A program made the translations under genes and the position numbers. The notes beneath the pieces were generated by a model. The model saw only the letters and a list, made by a program, of their open reading frames with translations. It was not told where the DNA came from and did not search any database. From positions 1,905-65,904 of IMG/VR virus record IMGVR_UViG_3300025084_003138: a stretch of 64,000 bases of DNA, one strand, 5' to 3'. The DNA comes from a virus (Duplodnaviria > Caudoviricetes). Shown one piece after another: positions 46,741-54,352 of the stretch; within the stretch, counting starts at the first letter, position 1, and every line of letters begins with the position of its first letter.

Positions 46741-46943
46741 TAGAATGGAATCATCTTAAAAAAGTTCAATCTAATTATTTTAAACATTTCTTTTATGCTA
46801 TGTACTTTAACATACTAGCCCTGTTAGTCTTTATAACTGGCACAATACATGCTATATTTCCTTTTTTATTTGCTTTTACACCATATAAATTAGCCAAGAA
46901 GATTACTGATGGAACTGAAAAACATTTTAAAAAACGGGACTAG
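46737..46943 (+). CDS. Small membrane protein (DUF6356-like), 68 aa
   Basis: The ATG at 46737 overlaps the halogenase stop (ATGA) and has an AAAGGA RBS; pattern HL....NYFKHF..A......L......IHAIFPFLF; one hydrophobic segment. Confidence 0.6.
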   Translation: MIEWNHLKKVQSNYFKHFFYAMYFNILALLVFITGTIHAIFPFLFAFTPYKLAKKITDGTEKHFKKRD

Positions 46944-47589
46944 TATACGTTCTAGTGGTACAACAGGCACCGCAAAAGCAATCTTTCAAAGTCCTACAAA
47001 AATAAAACATGCAAATCGTATTGCATGTGATGTACAAAAAATTACTAAGAATAGTAAAATTTACACAGTTTGCAATTTAGATCACGCAGGTGGCTTACTT
47101 GCACAGACATTGCCAGGATACGAAATAGGTGCAGATGTCTATATAGAAAATTTTAATGCTTATAGATGGGTAAGTCGTATTAAAGACTTTACGCATTCAC
47201 ATCTTACACCAGGGATGGCATTGGCTATAAGCAAAACTAAAGGTTGGAATAATTTAGATTTACAAGACAAGATTATTGTATGTGGTAGCGACAAAGTTCC
47301 TGCAGAGTGTATTAATAGATATTTAGATAAAGGAGCAACATTTATTGCAAATTGGGGTATGAGTGAAATTGGTCCTATTGCAATAAACAAAACTTTTACT
47401 TCGGAAGGTCCTTTAGTACATGATTTGCCCGGACATACTATTATGGGCGACACTGCGTTTTGTGAAACAAAAATAATTAGACATGAGTTATATGTTAAAG
47501 GTGATATCTGTGTATATGACGATTGGTTTGCCACAGGCGATATAGTAAAAAAAGTAGATGGAGAATATTGGTATTATGGCCGAAAATAA
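46909..47589 (+). CDS. Truncated ANL-family adenylate-forming (AMP-binding) protein
   Basis: SSGTTGTAK P-loop near the N-terminus, HAGG, NWGMSEIGP, WFATGDIV, ending at YYGRK (hinge); only 226 aa. Confidence 0.75.
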   Translation: MELKNILKNGTSIRSSGTTGTAKAIFQSPTKIKHANRIACDVQKITKNSKIYTVCNLDHAGGLLAQTLPGYEIGADVYIENFNAYRWVSRIKDFTHSHLTPGMALAISKTKGWNNLDLQDKIIVCGSDKVPAECINRYLDKGATFIANWGMSEIGPIAINKTFTSEGPLVHDLPGHTIMGDTAFCETKIIRHELYVKGDICVYDDWFATGDIVKKVDGEYWYYGRK

Positions 47590-48304
47590 TTGTATCTTAA
47601 TTAACTTCCCACAAGGAGCCGGCGGACATATGTTAGGTCGTATGCTTGCTAGTTGTGATAATATTGCATGGTATGACCATGAACAAAATGGAGAATATCC
47701 TTGGATGCCTTATTGCTCACCTGGTGACGATAAATTTAGTAAAATGCATTTTAATAAACGTTTTAAAGGTGCATCAGAAAAAGGCGCAGATAAAAATCGT
47801 ATTCCTCCTATTTTGCGTACAGCTGAACAACGTGATATCACTACTACATCACAAGACATTGCAGAATGGAAGCAAAGGCTAAGTCCTAAAAACTTTATAT
47901 ATACAAATCATGAACTACTAGACGATACAAAAAAATTATTTAATCCTGCCAAGTATATAGTTGTTATACCAGAAGATATTGATTTGCTTATTGAACGTTG
48001 GATGCGTAGTAGTTATTATTACTATTTTGACCCAGCACGTAAAGACTATCTGTCAGGAGATTTATATAGAGATAAAGCCAAAGAGCAAGGCATCACTATG
48101 AAACAAGCACTACGTAATGATTTTGAAGTGCAGTTGTCTAATTATAAAGAATATGTAACAGACGATGATATTATTGTAAATGAAGTGAATGATATACTAG
48201 ATTATGATTACTTCTCAGCAGTATGCAAAAAATTAGAACTTGTAGTTAACAAAAATAACTATTTAAAAGTAAAAGAGTTATTTAAAAACAAATCACATCT
48301 TTAG
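47576..48304 (+). CDS. Hypothetical protein with a Gly-rich P-loop-like N-terminus (kinase/sulfotransferase-like fold possible)
   Basis: ILINFPQGAGGHMLGRML; the start could alternatively be 47558. Confidence 0.55.
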   Translation: MAENNCILINFPQGAGGHMLGRMLASCDNIAWYDHEQNGEYPWMPYCSPGDDKFSKMHFNKRFKGASEKGADKNRIPPILRTAEQRDITTTSQDIAEWKQRLSPKNFIYTNHELLDDTKKLFNPAKYIVVIPEDIDLLIERWMRSSYYYYFDPARKDYLSGDLYRDKAKEQGITMKQALRNDFEVQLSNYKEYVTDDDIIVNEVNDILDYDYFSAVCKKLELVVNKNNYLKVKELFKNKSHL

Positions 48305-49018
48305 TATTTCAAAATAAAAACGTTGTCTATCTTTTTTATATTGTTCTAACTTGCAGTTGTATTCTTTTGCGAGAGCATATGCAAATTCAAAACTCCACGG
48401 AAATATATCTACGTAAGGACCTTTAGGCCAAAGTATTCCTGGATTAACTCTGAAATACATTCTTCCACCTACGTCTAGTAATGAATGTAACTTTTTAAAA
48501 CGAGTGCGTATATCCGCTTCATCGCCAAAGTTCAAACTACCAAATACAATCATATGATCATACTTTTCATCTACATTAAAGTCTAAAATATCTACCATGT
48601 AGTCTGCATTTTCGTTATATGGATCAATTCCTGTTAAATTTTTAATACGTGGTTTAAATTGATTATACCCACAACCAAAGTCTAGAACATTTTTTGGATT
48701 TCGTTCATTTATTCTATCAACAATACTCCAGCCACTAAACGTATGATCATCTGTGTTTGGTTTCCAAATTTCGCCAAAGAATCGCTTCATATAAATTTTA
48801 TCTAATGATTGTACAAAATGTTCAACAGTTCCAGATAGTTGTAAATGTTCTATATCTAACTCGTTCATAATTGCTTGTGCAAATTTTTCTCTACGTACAG
48901 GAGTGAACGGAAGATCATCTAATATACTAAGCTGGTTTAATTCTAGTCCGTCATATTTAGGTAGACTAAAGCTATCTTTTAAATTTTGCATGACTAACGA
49001 AAAAATTCGTGTATTCAT
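48293..49018 (-). CDS. Acyl-carrier-like N-terminal domain fused to a class I SAM methyltransferase
   Basis: C-terminal VLDFGCGYN, LTGIDPY, YDHMIVFGSLNF, LLDVGGRMYF. The N-terminal ~75 aa follow an ACP-like helix pattern (see findings). ATG 49018 is preferred over GTG 49030. Confidence 0.75.
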   Translation of the reverse strand: MNTRIFSLVMQNLKDSFSLPKYDGLELNQLSILDDLPFTPVRREKFAQAIMNELDIEHLQLSGTVEHFVQSLDKIYMKRFFGEIWKPNTDDHTFSGWSIVDRINERNPKNVLDFGCGYNQFKPRIKNLTGIDPYNENADYMVDILDFNVDEKYDHMIVFGSLNFGDEADIRTRFKKLHSLLDVGGRMYFRVNPGILWPKGPYVDIFPWSFEFAYALAKEYNCKLEQYKKDRQRFYFEILKM

Positions 49019-49106
49019 AATTTTTTTCACTTTCTATTAAAAAAATACCACTTTTTTCTAAAAAAGTGTTTCTTTCATATAATTAATTATGTAACAAGGA
49101 AAAATT

Positions 49107-50540
49107 ATGGCTTCATTATTGGCATTACTAGCAGGTACGTTTTACGGTTTAATTATTGGCATATTGCCTGGCGCAGGTGCTACTACAGGATTAATATTTG
49201 TGTTTTCATTTATTACACTGTTTCCTGATCCGTATCTAGCAGTAATATTTGTAATGGCAGTTGTCGCTGCTAGTACAACAGGAGATACTTACACAGGTGT
49301 GTTGCTAGGAATACCTGGTGCTAATAGTGCGGCTGCTACAATGATAGATGGATTTCCGTTAGCATTACAAGGACAAGCAACATATGCAATTAGTTCTGCT
49401 GTTACTACAAGCACACTTAATGGATTATTATGGGGTTCACTTACATTCTTTTTGTTGCCTTATTATACACAATTGATAATGGTGTTTGGTGTACCAGAGC
49501 TTTGGGCATTCACAATGTTAGCAATGGTATGTGTTACATTTGTTACAAACAAATTTTGGTTTAGAAGTATGATTGCTTTGAGTTTAGGTTTGTTTGTAGG
49601 ACTGATAGGTGTAGATCCAAGCACAAATGCAGATAGATGGACAGGTGGTTGGGAATACCTAGGTGATGGTGTACAACTTATGCCGTTAGTTGCTGGCTTA
49701 TTTGCTATACCAGAATTAATTGACGGATTAAAACAACGTACTAACACTAGCATGCCAGAATTAGCAAATGGTGTACAGACTAAGCAAGGTATAATGGCTG
49801 TATGGCACAACAAGTGGGACGCACTACGTGGCGGATTTATAGGAGCATTTATAGGGCTTTTGCCTGGACTAGGTGGCGCAGTTGCAGACTGGATGGCATA
49901 CAGTTCAACAGTTGCAAGTCATCCTAAAGAAAGATTTGGTAACGGAAATATTAAAGGTGTCATAGGCCCAGAAGGTGCTAACAACGCACAAAAGGCAACA
50001 AGTATGATTCCTACAGTTTTATTTGGAATACCAGGAGCAAGTTTTGCCGCTATTGTAATAGGACTATTTGCATACTTAGACTTTGAATTAGGTACCTTAG
50101 AGCTTGCAATGGACACAAAGTTCTTTGATAGTATGTTATATGGCTTTATGCTTGCAACAGTGCTTGTAGGCGCTATATGCTTGTTTACGACACCACTTAT
50201 AGCACGAATTGCACAAATACCCTACAAATACTACTTTCCAGTATTGTTGGGCTTTATTGTGCTTGCATGTGTACAATACACAGGCGGTTGGGAAGATTAC
50301 TTTATACTAGTAGTATGTAGTATCGTAGGACTACTAGCAAAGAAATACAAATTTAGCAGACCTGCACTGCTATTTGCTTTTATTCTAGCAGATAGAATAG
50401 AAGCCTTAACGGTACAAATGGCAGGACTTTATACAGTTGAAAAACTGTTACACAAACCAATATTCCTCGGCTTATGTGTTGCAATAGGTGTAACATTGCT
50501 ATGGGGGCTAACATCAAAAAGGAAAATAGATTATGCGTAA
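49107..50540 (+). CDS. tctA: Tripartite tricarboxylate transporter large membrane subunit
   Basis: GLIIGILPGAGAT, GVLLGIPGANSAAATMIDGFPLA, GLLPGLGG..ADWMAY, GPEGANNA, PTVLFGIPG; highly hydrophobic, 477 aa. Confidence 0.92.
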   Translation: MASLLALLAGTFYGLIIGILPGAGATTGLIFVFSFITLFPDPYLAVIFVMAVVAASTTGDTYTGVLLGIPGANSAAATMIDGFPLALQGQATYAISSAVTTSTLNGLLWGSLTFFLLPYYTQLIMVFGVPELWAFTMLAMVCVTFVTNKFWFRSMIALSLGLFVGLIGVDPSTNADRWTGGWEYLGDGVQLMPLVAGLFAIPELIDGLKQRTNTSMPELANGVQTKQGIMAVWHNKWDALRGGFIGAFIGLLPGLGGAVADWMAYSSTVASHPKERFGNGNIKGVIGPEGANNAQKATSMIPTVLFGIPGASFAAIVIGLFAYLDFELGTLELAMDTKFFDSMLYGFMLATVLVGAICLFTTPLIARIAQIPYKYYFPVLLGFIVLACVQYTGGWEDYFILVVCSIVGLLAKKYKFSRPALLFAFILADRIEALTVQMAGLYTVEKLLHKPIFLGLCVAIGVTLLWGLTSKRKIDYA

Positions 50541-51576
50541 ATTAATATTAGGACTTGTGTTTGCTATGGTAACTTCTGTAGCACATGCAGATTATACAAT
50601 GATAGTACCACAGAAACCAGGAGGCGGCACAAGCGTCTGGGCAGAAATTGTTGCTAAAGAATTAGAAAAATATCTAGGTGAAGATATCAACATTAAGCAC
50701 ATTCCAGGTGCAAGAGACATTCCAGGATTTAATGCTTGGCACAATGAAATGCGTAATGACGATAAAGTTATTATGGTATCACATGGCGGCAATGGCGTTG
50801 CATTCTTACAAGAAGAAGTTGACTATAACTACGGTGAATATGAATCAGTAGGACTTATGAACTTAAATATTATTGCAGGAAAGCGTATCGGTGAAGATAT
50901 GAATAGTCCAAGTTTTGCGGCAGGTAGCGGACAGACACCTGAAGCATATGCAATGACAATGCTTATCTGTGGTCCACAAACGTCTATGGATGCATATGTA
51001 AAATGCTTTAAAGATAATGTGCAATGGGTAAAAGGTATGAGTGGAAGTGAAAGACGTCTTGCATTTAGACGTGGTGAACTTACTGGTACAAGAGAAAATC
51101 CAGCAGCATACAAAAAGCATGTAGCACCGGACGACAATGCAGAAATTTGGTTTCATCATGGAATACTACAAGAAAACGGAACACATGCTGACGATCCAAA
51201 CTATCCTGGTTTCCAGTTTGAAAAGTTATATGAAAATCGTTGGGGTGTAGCACCAAGCGGTGAATTTTATGATGCTTACAAACTAGTAAAATCATTTAGA
51301 GATGGTATGCAAAAAGCATTATGGGTTAACAGAGGTAATCCTAATGCTGAGAAGCTACAAGCTGCATTAACTGAAATGTCTTTGAATGCAGAAAGCAGAG
51401 CAATCATAGAAAAGAAGGTTGGTAAATACGAATGGAAGATTGGCGCAGAAGGCAATGCACATAGAGATACACTTATGAGTTTTGTTACTGTATCAGCTTT
51501 AGAAGACCTTGTGTACTTTAATACAAACGCTTTAGGTCTTGCAAGTGTATTTAAAATGGAACTAGCATCTAAATGA
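50533..51576 (+). CDS. tctC: Tripartite tricarboxylate transporter periplasmic binding protein (Bug/TctC)
   Basis: Signal peptide (MRKLILGLVFAMVTSVAHA), TMIVPQKPGGGTSVWA, NIKHIPGA, ERRLAFRRGELT; directly follows tctA. Confidence 0.8.
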   Translation: MRKLILGLVFAMVTSVAHADYTMIVPQKPGGGTSVWAEIVAKELEKYLGEDINIKHIPGARDIPGFNAWHNEMRNDDKVIMVSHGGNGVAFLQEEVDYNYGEYESVGLMNLNIIAGKRIGEDMNSPSFAAGSGQTPEAYAMTMLICGPQTSMDAYVKCFKDNVQWVKGMSGSERRLAFRRGELTGTRENPAAYKKHVAPDDNAEIWFHHGILQENGTHADDPNYPGFQFEKLYENRWGVAPSGEFYDAYKLVKSFRDGMQKALWVNRGNPNAEKLQAALTEMSLNAESRAIIEKKVGKYEWKIGAEGNAHRDTLMSFVTVSALEDLVYFNTNALGLASVFKMELASK

Positions 51577-52277
51577 AAATTGTTATTTCACATGGTAGCG
51601 GGGGAATTGGCTCTGCTGAAACCTTCGCCCGTGACTTTTTTGAAAGTAAAGGATATGATGTACATCTTATAGATTATTTTACTCCGCATGGCATCGACCG
51701 AATAAGATGGAGCGAAAAAGAGCCTGATAATTACGATGTTACTTTTAAGGAAATGTTTAACGTAGATTTTCCTAAAGGTGATTTAGTACATATAGGGTTT
51801 AGTCTTGGTGCTTTTCTAGGCATTGTTAATCATGCAAAGTTTGTTAAAAATTATTTGTTTTACCCCGGAGTACTGGGAATAACACAAGAGATGTTAGATG
51901 TAGATTATAGTAATGCAAGTGTAATCTTATGTGGTAATGATAAAGGAAAATACAAATATGAAAAATTTAAAAGTCTTTTAAAAAAACCGCCACTGACTGA
52001 ATATATGCTTCCTTACACACATCATGCATTTATGATTGAAGATATTGATTTTGAATTTAACATGGTACGCTATAATACAACGGGTAATATAATGAGTTCA
52101 GATGAGTTTTCTCAATTAAAGCCTAACCATAAATATCTTAGCGAACGATATGGTCATACTACTTCTCCTACACATTTATTGTTTGATAAAGAATTAAGAT
52201 GGCAATATTTAAATCATATAGAAGAAGATATCAATGAAACCTTTCTTAGTGTTCGAAAACGGAACAACATATACTAA
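51573..52277 (+). CDS. Alpha/beta hydrolase (dienelactone-hydrolase-like, Ser nucleophile)
   Basis: SHGSGG, nucleophile elbow IGFSLGA, C-terminal PYTHHAF. Confidence 0.75.
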   Translation: MKIVISHGSGGIGSAETFARDFFESKGYDVHLIDYFTPHGIDRIRWSEKEPDNYDVTFKEMFNVDFPKGDLVHIGFSLGAFLGIVNHAKFVKNYLFYPGVLGITQEMLDVDYSNASVILCGNDKGKYKYEKFKSLLKKPPLTEYMLPYTHHAFMIEDIDFEFNMVRYNTTGNIMSSDEFSQLKPNHKYLSERYGHTTSPTHLLFDKELRWQYLNHIEEDINETFLSVRKRNNIY

Positions 52278-53400
52278 ATCTCAGTTTGATAAAGCTGCTA
52301 AAAAATATGCCAAGCAATTAAAAAAAGCTGGTTATGACAAAACATGTCGTATTGGAGTTTTTAGTAATACTGAGAATGTATTTAAAATTTTTGGGGCTAT
52401 GCAAGTGTGTAGCCCTGTTATTATAGACCATACTATGACCGAGCATGAGCTTAGTTACTACAATATAGATATATGGAACGATATACTTCCACAGCCGCGA
52501 TACAATCAATGTAACACAGATGAAGTTGTAGGTATATGTAGCAGCGGCAGTACTGAGAAACATCGTATAATACCAATTACTGAAGATCAATACTACCGAG
52601 ATGGATTAGATAATAATATACAAATTCATGGTAACATTACAGAAAATGACAGCACTATAAATGTTATACCATTATGGGTTTGTATAGGCTTTCAAACATT
52701 TGCACTATGTTATAAAACAGGAGCAACATACTATATTTTAGATGATCCGTGGAAATTTTGGCCTAGTGTAAATCCTACATTTATTATAGGAAGTCCAAAT
52801 GTGCTACGTGGAATGATGTCTCCTAATGTGCTTTATGAAAACATGACTATACGCCATATAAGGACCGTTGGCGCACCTATGTATAAAGACTTTAAAATAG
52901 AAGCACAAAAGTTTTTCAATTGTATTACTACAGACAGTTACGGAGTAAATGAAATAGGCACTATTAGTATAATGCATTATCCGCAAAAGTACAACAGTGT
53001 AGGTTACGTTTTAGATAATATCGACTGTAAAGTAATCGATAATGAAATAATTGTAAATAATTTTGCAACAGGAGATCTAGGACATATAGATGAAGATGGA
53101 TTTCTTTTTATAACAGGTAGAAAAAAAGAAACAATTATAAATGGCGGCTGGAAAATTATGCCTTATGAAGTAGAACAAGCATTGTTAGATTCAGGAGCAT
53201 CTGATGTAGTTGTGTTTGGGTATGATACTGTGTATGCAGAAGTAGTGGGTAAAATTGATTTAGACTTACTAAAGTCAAAAATAGCTAGATATAAAATTCC
53301 TGAAAAAATATTTTATGTTGAAAGTATTAAACGAAAAGGCCAAGGTAAGATTAACAGGAAGAATTTATTAGATGAATATAAACAAAATAGAAAAATATGA
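52234..53400 (+). CDS. ANL-family acyl-CoA ligase/adenylate-forming enzyme
   Basis: ICSSGSTE, DSYGVNEIG, FATGDLGHIDEDGFLFITGRKKE, MPYEVEQAL, YKIPE, GQGKINRK (A10 Lys). Confidence 0.85.
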   Translation: MKPFLVFENGTTYTKSQFDKAAKKYAKQLKKAGYDKTCRIGVFSNTENVFKIFGAMQVCSPVIIDHTMTEHELSYYNIDIWNDILPQPRYNQCNTDEVVGICSSGSTEKHRIIPITEDQYYRDGLDNNIQIHGNITENDSTINVIPLWVCIGFQTFALCYKTGATYYILDDPWKFWPSVNPTFIIGSPNVLRGMMSPNVLYENMTIRHIRTVGAPMYKDFKIEAQKFFNCITTDSYGVNEIGTISIMHYPQKYNSVGYVLDNIDCKVIDNEIIVNNFATGDLGHIDEDGFLFITGRKKETIINGGWKIMPYEVEQALLDSGASDVVVFGYDTVYAEVVGKIDLDLLKSKIARYKIPEKIFYVESIKRKGQGKINRKNLLDEYKQNRKI

Positions 53401-54352
53401 CTGGTATGAAGATTATATAGTGCATTGGCGCCCTACCAATATGTGTAATTATGATTGTAGTTATTGCGAGCCTTCTAATCATCACGCAATCGACAAGCGA
53501 AAATTACCAAATGTAGAAGACTTAATTGCTGCTGCTAAAAAGATAAGAGATAGTGTTCCTGCAGATAAAAGTGTGTTAGTTTATATTACAGGCGGCGAGC
53601 CATTCTTGATCAAAGATGTACATAAGTGGTTTAACTGGATGGGTGAAAATAATATTAGAGTGGGCATTTTTACAAACGGAAGTTTGCCATTAAAAATATA
53701 TGATATGAGCAAAGAGTCATTTAAAAACATTAATATCAAAATAAGTTTTCATCCTGAGTTTGCCGAAATTGATAGAGTTGTTGAGTTTGTTAATATGATT
53801 AAAGAAAACAACGGCAACGTAGAAATCCGTGCAATGATGGCAGCAGGATTATTTCATAAAGTAGATGAATTAGAAGAAAAGTTGCTCAATACTCCTATTG
53901 TAAGATTGCCTGTATTTCCGTTATATAATAAAACAACACAGGAAGTCAATCCTACTTATTCTTCGAGTAGATTTTTAGAAGGGTACAAGCAAAAAATGGA
54001 TGACGGGCAGCTAGGGTATTATACTAAAGATGAGTTAGATACACTTGAAAACTTAGAACAGGATGAACCTACTTATTTAAGTTGTACTGTAAATAATGAC
54101 ATTGAAACTAATGCTGTTAATTTTGTAACAGAAAGAACAAACAAGTTTAAAGGCTGGACATGCGGTATTGTTAATAAAAAAATATTAATAGAAGCTAACG
54201 GAAATGTAAAGTATGGAACTTGTGCTGCCACAGGTATCATTGGTAACATATTTGAAAAAGAAATAGATCTATTTAAAGAGGAATGGACTATTTGCGGTAA
54301 AGAAGTTTGTAGTACTCTTGATGAAATAATGGTTACTAAGTTTAAGGTGTAG
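53372..54352 (+). CDS. Radical SAM enzyme with C-terminal twitch-like domain
   Basis: TNMCNYDCSYC; ITGGEPF; FTNGS; ISFHPE; C-terminal FKGWTCG..GTC..GNIF..ICGKEVC. Confidence 0.88.
   Translation: MNINKIEKYDWYEDYIVHWRPTNMCNYDCSYCEPSNHHAIDKRKLPNVEDLIAAAKKIRDSVPADKSVLVYITGGEPFLIKDVHKWFNWMGENNIRVGIFTNGSLPLKIYDMSKESFKNINIKISFHPEFAEIDRVVEFVNMIKENNGNVEIRAMMAAGLFHKVDELEEKLLNTPIVRLPVFPLYNKTTQEVNPTYSSSRFLEGYKQKMDDGQLGYYTKDELDTLENLEQDEPTYLSCTVNNDIETNAVNFVTERTNKFKGWTCGIVNKKILIEANGNVKYGTCAATGIIGNIFEKEIDLFKEEWTICGKEVCSTLDEIMVTKFKV

Noticed and set aside
52234-54352. Annotating the ligase as MenE and the rSAM as MoaA
   Set aside because: No other menaquinone or molybdopterin genes are present, and the rSAM lacks the MoaA C-terminal GG; only the family level is supportable.
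41646-54352. Host (bacterial) DNA or chimeric contig, suggested by hldE/hldD/tctA/tctC
   Set aside because: The genes are compact, overlap-coupled, share the phage AT-rich style and late-like motifs, and run seamlessly into a tail fibre. Read mapping would be the definitive check.
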